Both the position numbers and the translations under genes were made by a program. This document shows positions 47,625-56,870 of a stretch of DNA of 64,000 nucleotides, in pieces. This stretch comes from a virus. How positions within the stretch are numbered: position 1 is the stretch's first letter; the number at the start of each line of letters is the position of its first letter. The stretch is taken from positions 3,213 to 67,212 of IMG/VR virus record IMGVR_UViG_3300033182_001497. One strand, given 5' to 3'. Under the pieces are notes generated by a model. It searched no databases, was not told the origin of the DNA, and was given only the letters and a program-made list of their open reading frames with translations.

Positions 47625-49367
47625 ATGCCAACCGACAACAGAATATCTACGCTTCCAGAAATCAATATATTATACTCTGATATTGATCTGCTTGATACAA
47701 CTTCTCCAGTTGATCCGAATGCAGATGCAGATGTATTATTCTTGATTACCAAATCGGGAGTTAAAAATGAAAAAATAACATTCAAAAATTTAAAAAGCTC
47801 GCTACTTGGAAATACAGTTGCACTAACAGGCAATCAGATCATCAGCGGAGAAAAAACATTTACAGATATTTGTACATTCGAGGACACAGTATTTCTAAAT
47901 GAAGTAGTAGATACAACCATAGAAGGTGATATTAGTGGATACAATTTTATTGCACATACCGGACGCTTCGAAAAACTTGGAGTTGGAAGCGGTTTTGCAA
48001 ATAAAACACGCACACCTGAATACGACCTTCATGTTGAAGGAGATGTATGCATTGAAGGAGAGTTTAATGTTCTTGGAGAAATTGAGTTTGGCGGCACTCT
48101 TGGATTAAATGATGTTGCAGTCTCTGGCAATCTTTATGCAGGTGGATCTGGTATTTTTAATCAAGGATTAAATGTTAATGGGTTGGTTGATATTTCTGGA
48201 GATTTATCTACTCAAGGGACTGGAAATTTTGGCGGCGATTTGAATGTATCAGGGGATATATTTGTAGAAAACAAAATTGCGCATGTGGGAGATACAGATA
48301 CATTTATTGAATTTTCTGATAATTCAATCAATCTTCAGGCTGCAACCTCAAAAATTTCAATCAGCGATGAAAAGCTAGAAATGATTGTCGGCGGCGAAAA
48401 AAAGTTTTTTATAGACGAACAAGGTAGACTAGCAATCAATAGCGATGAAGCTATCGGAGATCTCTCGATGAGCGGATCGGCATATGTCAACGAGCTTTAT
48501 GTTACAGGTCAACATGGAGCGTGGGAGCTTTTGACCCCCAAAGGATATGATGAAACAGTACATTTTTCAACCAATTTACTTTCTGGAGAATCGAATTATA
48601 CAATTGATTTCCCAAAAACTTTTGGATCGGTTCCAACGGTTCATGCGACACTAAACAATGAAGGTGGTGGAGACGTTCTATTTTTTAATATCTCGAATAT
48701 TACAAACAATTCATACTCTGTTACATTCAATTCTGTAGTGCCCAATAATAATTACTATATTGAGACAAAAGCGGCAACAACAGGAGATTATTCGCTACAT
48801 CAAACAACAACGCAATCATTTCGCGAACAAATAATAGAAGGAAGCACAGAATATACAATCAATTATCCAAATTCATTTTCCGCAAAACCTGTTGTTTCAG
48901 CTACACTAGAAAGAAAAACGTCATACAGTGTATCTGATCCTGGTGTTGCAGGAGATACTTTTATTGATGGCTGGGAATATTATATTGCTACCGACACAGA
49001 CACGTGGCGCAGAGTCACCATGGCAGAAGTTATTCGCCCTGCAGGATCCCCAGGTGATACATCATTTGATACAGACTTTTATTATATATGCATTGACGGA
49101 ACGCTTTGGGGAAAAATACCGCTTGTAATCTCTTCAAAAACAATCATCGGATCAGAAACTGAAGGTGATGTAGAATACAGTAATGATTACATTTATGTAT
49201 TTACAGACTCACAATGGAAAGAGTCTCCAATCGCTACTTGGATTTCTGAAAGCACTGCAACAATAATTCCATATATGATCTCCGATATTACAGAAACATC
49301 ATTTAAAATTAATTTTTCCGCACCGCTTGGTTCTCAATATTTTGTACACACAATTGCTTCTCGATAA
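47625..49367 (+). CDS. Paralogous fibre-like protein; second lectin-like domain interrupted by a triple-repeat module
   Basis: RISTLP, NQIISGEKTF, IDFPKTFGSVPTV, INYPNSFSAKPVV. Confidence 0.65.
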   Translation: MPTDNRISTLPEINILYSDIDLLDTTSPVDPNADADVLFLITKSGVKNEKITFKNLKSSLLGNTVALTGNQIISGEKTFTDICTFEDTVFLNEVVDTTIEGDISGYNFIAHTGRFEKLGVGSGFANKTRTPEYDLHVEGDVCIEGEFNVLGEIEFGGTLGLNDVAVSGNLYAGGSGIFNQGLNVNGLVDISGDLSTQGTGNFGGDLNVSGDIFVENKIAHVGDTDTFIEFSDNSINLQAATSKISISDEKLEMIVGGEKKFFIDEQGRLAINSDEAIGDLSMSGSAYVNELYVTGQHGAWELLTPKGYDETVHFSTNLLSGESNYTIDFPKTFGSVPTVHATLNNEGGGDVLFFNISNITNNSYSVTFNSVVPNNNYYIETKAATTGDYSLHQTTTQSFREQIIEGSTEYTINYPNSFSAKPVVSATLERKTSYSVSDPGVAGDTFIDGWEYYIATDTDTWRRVTMAEVIRPAGSPGDTSFDTDFYYICIDGTLWGKIPLVISSKTIIGSETEGDVEYSNDYIYVFTDSQWKESPIATWISESTATIIPYMISDITETSFKINFSAPLGSQYFVHTIASR

Positions 49368-49373
49368 TTAAGC

Positions 49374-49402
49374 TTGACAAAGGTTTGGCTATATGGTATA
49401 GT
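49374..49402 (+). promoter_or_regulatory. Sigma70-type promoter
   Basis: TTGACA-N17-TATAGT, 6 nt before ATG 49409. Confidence 0.8.
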
Positions 49403-49408
49403 CTAAGT

Positions 49409-49948
49409 ATGACAAATCTATTGTACAGAACCAAATGTTATTTAGTTGGCCACATGCAGTATGTGAGTGGCAGAAATTGGCGCGAGCATGTTACCGAAAA
49501 ACTTGCGCCGTTGAGCATCACATGCTTTGACCCATACAAGAAACCATTCATCAAAGATGTAGAAGAAGACGAAGCATCTCGACAAGAAATGGAAACTTGG
49601 ATGAAAACAAAACAATATGATCGAGTAACCGAACGCATGAAAACTGTTCGCGCTTATGACTTAAATTTGGTTGATCGTAGTGATTTTATTATTGCACACC
49701 TTGTGCCTGAAGTAGCAAGCTGGGGAAGCGCTGAAGAAATAACTCTTGCAGTACGCGAGAAGAAACCTGTTTTTATCAGCATGGAAGGCGGCAAAGCTAA
49801 AACACCACTATGGATGCTTGGCATGCTTCCGCATAAGTACATATATAACAGTGTTGATGAAATACTAGACATGCTGTACGCAATTGATGGTGGTAGCAAA
49901 CCAATCGATTCGGACCGCTGGAGATTACTGAGAAAAGAATACAGATAA
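49409..49948 (+). CDS. Nucleoside 2-deoxyribosyltransferase-like / nucleotide hydrolase
   Basis: YLVGHM, FDP, DLNLVDRSDFII, SWGSAEE. Confidence 0.75.
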   Translation: MTNLLYRTKCYLVGHMQYVSGRNWREHVTEKLAPLSITCFDPYKKPFIKDVEEDEASRQEMETWMKTKQYDRVTERMKTVRAYDLNLVDRSDFIIAHLVPEVASWGSAEEITLAVREKKPVFISMEGGKAKTPLWMLGMLPHKYIYNSVDEILDMLYAIDGGSKPIDSDRWRLLRKEYR

Positions 49949-50070
49949 TGCTTATTTTAGCAGCTTCATATTTTCAATTTTTTACTGGTGACTTTTTAGC
50001 ATTCGGTATACTTGCTGCAATTGTTTGGGGTATACAAAAAAACAAAGACGAAGAATTTTATAAAAAATAA
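49948..50070 (+). CDS. Small membrane protein (40 aa)
   Basis: MLILAASYFQFFTGDFLAFGILAAIVWGIQK...; fills the gap exactly. Confidence 0.5.
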   Translation: MLILAASYFQFFTGDFLAFGILAAIVWGIQKNKDEEFYKK

Positions 50071-50595
50071 ATGATAAAAGAAGTCGAATCGATGCATCAC
50101 TTTGATGATCTTGCAAAAAAATGGAATAATCAAAACAATAATTTTTTCTGGACACATCAATCCTGCAGGCAAGGCAGGCACTTTGATCCTAATTCAATAG
50201 AATTACATTTACGGCAGATGCTTTCTCAGTCTCTATCCAATCCAGATATAATTCCTTGCACCAAAATATGGTCATACGAAGAAAACGAAAAAGCTTTGGC
50301 GGGTTGCGTATTCATTGGTAATAAAAATTTCATGATGAATGAAAATATTTTTGAAGAAGTCTTATGGCAAACAAATGGGCAATACGCAAAATCAATAAAA
50401 CAAAGAAAAATAATGATTAAATTATTAAAATGCGCAGAAAACTATGCTCGCAAATCTGGATACAAAGTAATTTCTGTATCTCGCGATCCACGTCTCCACA
50501 ATTTTACAATCGAAAAAAACTCAGGCATAAATAATTACTATACAAGAAACAATTACGAAGCCGCAGCAATACAATATTTTAAAACTTTAAATTAA
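50071..50595 (+). CDS. GNAT-fold acetyltransferase-like protein
   Basis: Motif A-like QRKIMIKLLKCAENYARKSGYKVI; final YYTRNNY. Confidence 0.5.
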   Translation: MIKEVESMHHFDDLAKKWNNQNNNFFWTHQSCRQGRHFDPNSIELHLRQMLSQSLSNPDIIPCTKIWSYEENEKALAGCVFIGNKNFMMNENIFEEVLWQTNGQYAKSIKQRKIMIKLLKCAENYARKSGYKVISVSRDPRLHNFTIEKNSGINNYYTRNNYEAAAIQYFKTLN

Positions 50596-50598
50596 CAC

Positions 50599-50627
50599 TT
50601 GACAACTTGAATTTTATTTTGTATAAT
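50599..50627 (+). promoter_or_regulatory. Sigma70-type promoter (perfect consensus, extended TG)
   Basis: TTGACA-N17-TATAAT, 7 nt before ATG 50635. Confidence 0.85.
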
Positions 50628-50634
50628 CAACGGC

Positions 50635-50811
50635 ATGAACAAAACAACAGCAAAAGAAATTCGCAAAATATTAAACTACGATCCGAATCTTTCAGATGCA
50701 ACAAGCAAGCGAGTATATTCTCGCGCCAAAAAACAATACAATAAACTTAGCAAAGGTGCAAGGCCTTTATTTTTACAACAACTTAAAAATTTATATAATA
50801 ACGAAAATTAA
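50635..50811 (+). CDS. Small basic hypothetical protein (58 aa)
   Basis: MNKTTAKEIRKILNYDP...; first gene after the promoter. Confidence 0.6.
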   Translation: MNKTTAKEIRKILNYDPNLSDATSKRVYSRAKKQYNKLSKGARPLFLQQLKNLYNNEN

Positions 50812-50813
50812 TT

Positions 50814-51152
50814 ATGAGTAATAACGTACAAGACAGTAAGACTGACAACAGTCAAGAATCAAAGTGGCGCAGCCGTGAGCTTGGAGCTCTCTGGGTAAAA
50901 AACGGAAAGAATCAAAAGTATCTTTCTGGAAGCGTAAACATCGAAACCATGCCAGGAGTCACAGAAACTCTCAAGGTTGTTGTTTTCACAAACAAGAATC
51001 GCGAGAAAAATGAGCGTGCGCCTGACTATGTTGTTTACCGCTCGGAAGATCCAGTGGAAAAGGTTGCGCAAGAAGCCGCACAAGAAGTATCTTCTGCTAG
51101 CACCAGCGAGAAGCAAGAGTCTTCAGAAGAAATTCCTGAAGAATTGTTCTGA
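50814..51152 (+). CDS. DUF736-like putative ssDNA-binding protein with an acidic tail
   Basis: LGALW...YLSGSV...F.N...ERAPDY; ends EEIPEELF. Confidence 0.55.
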   Translation: MSNNVQDSKTDNSQESKWRSRELGALWVKNGKNQKYLSGSVNIETMPGVTETLKVVVFTNKNREKNERAPDYVVYRSEDPVEKVAQEAAQEVSSASTSEKQESSEEIPEELF

Positions 51153-51172
51153 TTCTGTGTAGATAAAACATC

Positions 51173-51358
51173 ATGGAAAAACAATTTTGGCACAGTAAAA
51201 AGTTTTGGGCAGCTGCAGTTGCGACTGCAGTACCCATCATTAACCATGTATGGGGTATCGGTCTTACTCAAGACGCAATGATGCAGATTGTTACTCCAAT
51301 TGTAGCGTACATTCTTGGTCAAGGTTTAGCCGATCTTGGCAAGAACAAGTCGCAATAG
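51173..51358 (+). CDS. Holin-like two-TM protein
   Basis: SKKFWAA...YILGQGLAD. Confidence 0.5.
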   Translation: MEKQFWHSKKFWAAAVATAVPIINHVWGIGLTQDAMMQIVTPIVAYILGQGLADLGKNKSQ

Positions 51359-51374
51359 CTCTTTAACAGTTTAA

Positions 51375-51743
51375 GGGCGCGTACTGGATTTGATTTAAAT
51401 TGGATCGAGTATGTTGCAAGTCGAAGAGATGCCGGGCTTCGTAAAAAGGCATAACTTCTTACATGGCAAAAATAAAAGTCGTGTTGAGGCATTCGCTCCT
51501 CGTAGCGAGAGCCTCGCATTAGCAGCCTAAACACCTGCTACCCCTCCCTATCAGACGCAGATACGATAGGAGAGGGGTCACCAATCTGCAAAACAGAAAA
51601 AGTTTACTTGTACCACAAACTGTAAATAATTGAAACAAGTAGTTGGATGTTGATATCATAACTATAAAAAAAATCAACTAAACTTGTAGACGCATATTTG
51701 TTAAGATTTAAAGACGCGAGTTCAACTCTCGCCGCGTCCACCA
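51375..51743 (+). ncRNA. ssrA: tmRNA; tag peptide (A)GKNKSRVEAFAPRSESLALAA*
   Basis: Acceptor stem GGGCGCG/CGCGTCC with G3:U70, T-arm GCGAGTTCAACTCTCGC, ACCA end, internal ORF ending LALAA-TAA; exact resume codon inferred. Confidence 0.95.
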
Positions 51744-51748
51744 CTTTC

Positions 51749-52171
51749 ATGCTTCTACTTCCTACAAAAAAATATATATTCGAATATTCTGCGGCGGTTC
51801 ATTATTATGATCTGCTCAAAAATTTTCATGAATATTTTGTTGATGATCTATTGATGACGGGAGTGGGCGTGTGTGGATATACTATGAGTGAAATTGATTT
51901 TGAAACGAGTGACAAATACGATCACATGTTTCACGAGATCATACGCAAGGGCGTTGACTATGGAGTGCCCAGCGCGAAAGCGCAACTCTATAAAGATGAT
52001 ATATTAGAATCAGAATGTTTATTTTATGACTTCGGAAAAGATGACGGCGTAAAATACATTTACATGGTACAAAACACAATGAATTGGACACATCAATTTG
52101 ATTTCAATTCTAGTGTATTTAGTTTAATAGAGCCAGACATCAATACAATAGACAACTACTGGAGATCATGA
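51749..52171 (+). CDS. Hypothetical protein
   Basis: Start moved to ATG 51749, after the tmRNA. Confidence 0.55.
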   Translation: MLLLPTKKYIFEYSAAVHYYDLLKNFHEYFVDDLLMTGVGVCGYTMSEIDFETSDKYDHMFHEIIRKGVDYGVPSAKAQLYKDDILESECLFYDFGKDDGVKYIYMVQNTMNWTHQFDFNSSVFSLIEPDINTIDNYWRS

Positions 52172-52470
52172 AAATATTAAACGCAATCAAAAAATTAGTA
52201 CCCGCAAAATTATTAAACAAACAAAAAAAATCATATCAAGATGCATGTGATTTGATTATGCAATTGGTTGCGCAAGAAAAAAGAACACACTCAAACAAGC
52301 CGCAAGATCTCAGCATTGAAGAGTGGGAGCGTATTTTGAATGATATAGCATTTGCCTTTAAAGTAAAAAAACAAAACTCATTTCTTAAATCGCCGACTCG
52401 ACGAGCCGAGCGAGCACAACGAGTCAAACGTGCATTCGAGTTATTTCAAGTGTATATAAAACACTTATGA
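52168..52470 (+). CDS. Hypothetical protein
   Basis: ATGA overlap with the upstream gene. Confidence 0.55.
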   Translation: MKILNAIKKLVPAKLLNKQKKSYQDACDLIMQLVAQEKRTHSNKPQDLSIEEWERILNDIAFAFKVKKQNSFLKSPTRRAERAQRVKRAFELFQVYIKHL

Positions 52471-52685
52471 ATGAAGAAAATGAAGAAGAATTATATATCA
52501 GCGGACCGCTAGATTACGACGAGCAAACCGACTCGTTTCGCATGGATTTAGAAAATCTTATTTACCGCTATATTGACGAATACGACATCAATACAATCAC
52601 AATTATTGGTGCGTTACAAGAAAAAGTAGTAGAGCTTTCTAACGAAGGCAACATAGAATTTGAATCAGACATAGATTTTGATTAA
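52467..52685 (+). CDS. Acidic hypothetical protein
   Basis: ATGA overlap with the upstream gene. Confidence 0.55.
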   Translation: MNEENEEELYISGPLDYDEQTDSFRMDLENLIYRYIDEYDINTITIIGALQEKVVELSNEGNIEFESDIDFD

Positions 52686-52691
52686 TTTTTC

Positions 52692-52720
52692 TTGACTTAC
52701 CATCAATTATATGATATAAT
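52692..52720 (+). promoter_or_regulatory. Sigma70-type promoter
   Basis: TTGACT-N17-TATAAT, 8 nt before ATG 52729. Confidence 0.8.
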
Positions 52721-52728
52721 ACTCTCAT

Positions 52729-52998
52729 ATGAAAAAAATGTCACTAAACAAAGATGGTACTCCCCGCAGACGCCGCAACAGTGGTAAAGGCGGTTCCGCT
52801 ATTGTTTCCTTGTCGGTTGACGAGATTCTTGATCTCGTATCGCAAGATGTTGTTTCTATTCCTGTCAGTGAAGATTGGGTAAAAGGTAGGCTTTATGCAA
52901 ACTACCTTTCAAACAAAAAAGTTTCCCAAGATTTCTCTGAGCTTCAGTCAGTAGAAGACAAAATCGAATTCGCGATCACCGACTTTGACGATGAATGA
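52729..52998 (+). CDS. Hypothetical protein
   Basis: 89-aa ORF after the promoter. Confidence 0.55.
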   Translation: MKKMSLNKDGTPRRRRNSGKGGSAIVSLSVDEILDLVSQDVVSIPVSEDWVKGRLYANYLSNKKVSQDFSELQSVEDKIEFAITDFDDE

Positions 52999-53917
52999 TT
53001 ATTTTTCACATTTAATTGGCCAAGATAACGTAAAGAAAAAGTTAAACTTTTATCTTAAAGCTTATCAAGCCACTAGCGTTTGTCCATTTCTTAATCTTGT
53101 TGGCGCAAAAGGTTTGGGTAAAACATTGTTCGCAAAAGAGTTTGCCAAGAATCTTAAAAACAAAGATGGCAGCAAGCGTCCATTTCTTGAGCTTAATTGT
53201 TCGACCATCAAGAACAATGCGCAATTCTTTGAGCAAATTTTTATTCCATTGATCATGAACAATGAGATCACCATTCTTTTTGACGAAGCGCATGCTCTTC
53301 CAAAAGACTTAACAATGGCATTTCTCACCATTTTCAATACCGAAAAAACAAACAAGAAAGAATTTGTATACGACGAACAAACATTTGAGTTTGATTTCAC
53401 CAAGCAAACATTTATTTTTGCAACCACCGAGAGCGATAAGTTGTTTCCGCCACTCAAGGATCGTCTTAGCACAGTTGACTTTGAGCCTTACAACACCAAC
53501 AATCTCGGCGAAATTATCAAGCTGAATTGTGATGGCATTAATTTTAGCGATCAAGCGCTACAAAAGTTATCGCTGACTGTTCGCGGAAATGCTCGTAATG
53601 CAGTGATGCGCTCGAAAGAGATTGTGCTTTATTGTGAAAGTGAAAATCAAAACACATTCGAAACTTCAGATTATCTACAGCTTACAGATTTGCTTGGCAT
53701 TTTACCACACGGTATTACATGTACCGAGAAACAAATTCTAGAAATTTTATCTGATCGCGGAAGTTGCAAGTTGCAAACTTTATCCGCAATCACAGGGCTC
53801 AGCCCAACAAGTCTCAGGCGTGATCATGAAGTGTACCTTCTTAGGAAAAACTTTATGCAGATCGACGGAGAAAGAAAGATTACTAATTTTGGTAAATCTT
53901 TAATCGAATCAATATAA
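52991..53917 (+). CDS. ruvB: RuvB-like Holliday junction branch-migration AAA+ ATPase
   Basis: IGQDNVK, GAKGLGKT (Walker A), LFDEAH (Walker B), ATTE, PLKDR, RGNARNA, C-terminal wHTH. Confidence 0.88.
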   Translation: MNDYFSHLIGQDNVKKKLNFYLKAYQATSVCPFLNLVGAKGLGKTLFAKEFAKNLKNKDGSKRPFLELNCSTIKNNAQFFEQIFIPLIMNNEITILFDEAHALPKDLTMAFLTIFNTEKTNKKEFVYDEQTFEFDFTKQTFIFATTESDKLFPPLKDRLSTVDFEPYNTNNLGEIIKLNCDGINFSDQALQKLSLTVRGNARNAVMRSKEIVLYCESENQNTFETSDYLQLTDLLGILPHGITCTEKQILEILSDRGSCKLQTLSAITGLSPTSLRRDHEVYLLRKNFMQIDGERKITNFGKSLIESI

Positions 53918-53923
53918 TATATA

Positions 53924-54127
53924 ATGACAGACACACAAGAAAAACAAGAAAAGAAAGTATATGTTGTTACGCGCAACTCTCGCCGCATTGAAGATAAAAA
54001 TTATGCAACGCGAGAAGATGCAGAAATTCGCGCTCAAACATTGGTCAACATGCTCAAGAAGTGGAAAGATCCGGATCTAAAGAAAGTCAAAGTCGTAGAG
54101 ACTGCTAAACCTTCCAAGATACGATAG
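53924..54127 (+). CDS. Hypothetical protein
   Basis: 67-aa ORF in the operon. Confidence 0.55.
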   Translation: MTDTQEKQEKKVYVVTRNSRRIEDKNYATREDAEIRAQTLVNMLKKWKDPDLKKVKVVETAKPSKIR

Positions 54128-54627
54128 TGGACGAGTTACCGAGTCAGGAGAAGTTGATTTCTTTCGACGATCTTGCTACTCAGCGGGGCTACAGTCCTAA
54201 GCGAGCAAGGTGCAAAGAATACAATAATGTCACGCATTTGCTCAAAGCAAAAGGAAAAGGTGGTAAACCTATAGAAATTCGTTTTGATGTAAAGAAAATG
54301 AAAAACAAAAAACAGAGCCAAGAATGGTTATGGGTTGAGTTTAAAAATTCTTTAGGTGAAGACGGATGGATACATGGTGATGCACATTTTGTAGCTTTCG
54401 AAAGAAAGTATGACTTTGTTGTTGTTAATCGCAAAGAACTTGTGAAAATGTTAAACAATAATACCGTGAGATACGATCTTCCTTTTGTTAAACTTGCGAA
54501 GCGAGCCAAGTATAGAATCTATAAACGCGATGGCAAAAAAGAAGAGATTACGCAAATCAACATCAAGGATCTACAAAAGCTAGAATCTTACCAGCTTTGG
54601 GAAAAGCGAGATGCCGCATCAGACTGA
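54127..54627 (+). CDS. PD-(D/E)XK-like nuclease
   Basis: FDVK...WVEFKN..G..GWIHGDAHFVAFE pattern. Confidence 0.55.
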   Translation: MDELPSQEKLISFDDLATQRGYSPKRARCKEYNNVTHLLKAKGKGGKPIEIRFDVKKMKNKKQSQEWLWVEFKNSLGEDGWIHGDAHFVAFERKYDFVVVNRKELVKMLNNNTVRYDLPFVKLAKRAKYRIYKRDGKKEEITQINIKDLQKLESYQLWEKRDAASD

Positions 54628-55063
54628 GCTAGACGCTACATACATTCAAATGGCTCATGCTTGGTCGCAGCTTTCCAAGGCTCGGCGCAACAAAGTTGGC
54701 TGTCTTATTGTTAAAGACGGAAGCATCATTTCTGATGGTTATAACGGCACGCCACGAGGTTTTAATAATAATTGCGAGGTTGAGGTTGAAGAGTACAGTA
54801 TGCTCGCCTCACAAGCCTATAAGCTTGTTACTCGACCTGAAGTTTTGCACGCCGAAAGCAATGCCATAACCAAACTAGCAAAGAGTACACAATCAAGCAG
54901 TGGATCTACATTATATACCACAGCATCACCTTGCATTGAATGTTCAAAATTAATCATACAATCTAATATAACTAGAGTAGTATATGATGAATTGTATAAA
55001 AATGATGATGGCATATGTTTATTAAAAAAAGCAGGAATTGTTGTTGAACAGTTGATGTTATAA
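54611..55063 (+). CDS. dCMP deaminase
   Basis: VGCLIVKD, GYNG, HAESNAI, SPCIECSK. Confidence 0.95.
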   Translation: MPHQTELDATYIQMAHAWSQLSKARRNKVGCLIVKDGSIISDGYNGTPRGFNNNCEVEVEEYSMLASQAYKLVTRPEVLHAESNAITKLAKSTQSSSGSTLYTTASPCIECSKLIIQSNITRVVYDELYKNDDGICLLKKAGIVVEQLML

Positions 55064-55076
55064 TTTACTATCATAC

Positions 55077-55661
55077 ATGTTTGAAACGATATGTATTTTA
55101 GTGATTGGAGTTTTATGTTATGTTGCGTTCAATCGACCCAAGCAGGACGACAATTTACTGGATGAATTGCGTAGCGACAATGAGTTTTTGCGTCTTCGTC
55201 TAAACGAGCACGATTCGCTTCACAAGGAGCGTGAAGAGACACTCAACGAAACAATAAAAAATTTACAATCCTCCCTACATAAACATCAAAACAATGTACA
55301 AGCTAGTAGCACAGAACACAAACAAAGAGAACAAGACCTAAACAAAAAAATTGTACAATTAGAAAAAGACCTGCAAGATGAAACAGATAAAAGAAAAAAA
55401 GTTTTATCGCAAAAGAAAAGTGGTGAAGTTAGACTCGGACATATTGCAGAAACACTCGCACCATTTTTAGATCAGTTCGAATTTGAACCAGAACGCTGTT
55501 CATTTTTAGGACAGCCTATAGATTATATTTCATTTGGAGATGACGAAATTACATTCATTGAAGTCAAGAGTGGAAACAGTCAGCTCAGTCAAAAACAAAG
55601 ACACATCAGAGACTTAGTAAAACAAAAAGCAGTATCATGGAAGGAAATCAGAATTCAGTAA
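55077..55661 (+). CDS. Membrane-anchored coiled-coil protein with a Holliday-junction-resolvase-like nuclease domain
   Basis: N-terminal TM, coiled coil, G.IAE.LAPF...FLG.PIDY...FIEVKSG...LS..Q. Confidence 0.8.
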   Translation: MFETICILVIGVLCYVAFNRPKQDDNLLDELRSDNEFLRLRLNEHDSLHKEREETLNETIKNLQSSLHKHQNNVQASSTEHKQREQDLNKKIVQLEKDLQDETDKRKKVLSQKKSGEVRLGHIAETLAPFLDQFEFEPERCSFLGQPIDYISFGDDEITFIEVKSGNSQLSQKQRHIRDLVKQKAVSWKEIRIQ

Positions 55662-56077
55662 ACGTAAAAGTAAAAAAAATTTTTTCGGAGGCATCGGTTC
55701 CAGCCTACACCAAAAAAGGTGATGCGGGAATGGATTTGGTCGCAATTTCTTTAAAAAAATCAGCAGGATTTTATGAGTACGGAACAGGGCTCGCAATGGA
55801 GATACCCGAAGGTTATGTGGGATTGATATTTCCACGCTCTAGTATATCCAAGACAGATCACTATCTACGCAACTCGGTTGGAGTTGTGGATAGCGGCTAT
55901 CGAGGTGAGATTAAAATTAGGATGAGCACCCCTCTTCTTGGAGGCGTAGAATATAAAGAGGGAGACAGAGTAGCCCAACTTATTATCATGAAACTACCAT
56001 GGGTCAATTTGCAAGAAGTAGAAGAGCTGTCTGACACGGATCGTGGAGAAGGTGGGTTCGGTAGTACAGGAAAGTAA
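55637..56077 (+). CDS. dut: Trimeric dUTPase
   Basis: GDAGMDL, PRSS, GVVDSGYRGEI, RGEGGFGSTG. Confidence 0.97.
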   Translation: MEGNQNSVNVKVKKIFSEASVPAYTKKGDAGMDLVAISLKKSAGFYEYGTGLAMEIPEGYVGLIFPRSSISKTDHYLRNSVGVVDSGYRGEIKIRMSTPLLGGVEYKEGDRVAQLIIMKLPWVNLQEVEELSDTDRGEGGFGSTGK

Positions 56078-56128
56078 ATTTTAGGGTTGACAATGATCTC
56101 CATCTATGAGATAGCCGCAACTGCAATC

Positions 56129-56659
56129 ATGCCCGTGGGTGGAGTGTTACCATATGCTGGAGCGACAAGCCCAGCGGGGTGGTTACTATGTTCGGGTCAG
56201 ACGATTGGTGATGTGGGTTCGGGTGCAGACCTTACATCTGCCGACTACGAAACTTTGTTTGATCTAATCAAGTCACACTACGGCAACGCTGGTACAGAGG
56301 ATTGGGCGAGTGGTGACACCGTCTTACTGCCCGACTTAAGAGGTCGTGTTGTTGCTGGTCTAGACAATATGGGAGGTACTTCCGCTGATCGTCTGACGAA
56401 TCCAACTAGTACGACTAATTCAATAGATGGAGACGGACTAGGTAATTTTGGTGGTCACGAAACACACACTCTTACCATATCTGAAATGCCTAGTCACAGT
56501 CATACCTACAATGACAACGAAAACCCAGGTGAGCAAGCGAAAGGTGGTGATGGAGCTAGAACAGGTAATCGATCTGTTAGCACAGGTTCGACAGGTGGAG
56601 ATTCAGCACACAACAATGTTCAGCCAACAATCATCCTGAACTATATAATCAAATACTGA
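56129..56659 (+). CDS. Isolated phage tail-collar domain (apparent C-terminal fragment of a fibre gene)
   Basis: MPVGGVLPYAG...GWLLCSGQ...LPDLRGRV...GHETHTLT..EMPSHSH...HNNVQP. Confidence 0.9.
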   Translation: MPVGGVLPYAGATSPAGWLLCSGQTIGDVGSGADLTSADYETLFDLIKSHYGNAGTEDWASGDTVLLPDLRGRVVAGLDNMGGTSADRLTNPTSTTNSIDGDGLGNFGGHETHTLTISEMPSHSHTYNDNENPGEQAKGGDGARTGNRSVSTGSTGGDSAHNNVQPTIILNYIIKY

Positions 56660-56672
56660 TGGGGCAGTTAAA

Positions 56673-56861
56673 GACAGCGGTTATCGCGGCGAAATCAAAG
56701 TGCGTATGAGCACACCTTTACTTGGCGGCGTGGAATATAAAGAAGGCGACAGAATCGCGCAACTAGTTATAATGAAGTTGCCATGGGTTAATCTACAAGA
56801 GGTTGACGAGCTGTCCGACACAGATCGAGGAGAAGGTGGATTCGGAAGCACAGGAAAGTAA
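56673..56861 (+). pseudogene. dut: dUTPase 3' fragment (DSGYRGEI...GFGSTGK*) with no start
   Basis: 62 codons, 58 identical in amino acid to the intact dut. Confidence 0.92.
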
Positions 56862-56870
56862 ATTTTAGGG

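Noticed and set aside
51698-51748. ORF-track N-terminus MLRFKDASSTLAAST
   Set aside because: It overlaps the tmRNA T-arm and acceptor stem; the real start is probably ATG 51749.
56087-56128. Collar ORF starting at TTG 56087
   Set aside because: That TTG is the -35 box (TTGACA) of the duplicated promoter; ATG 56129 is preferred, and ATG 56093 lies within the promoter spacer.
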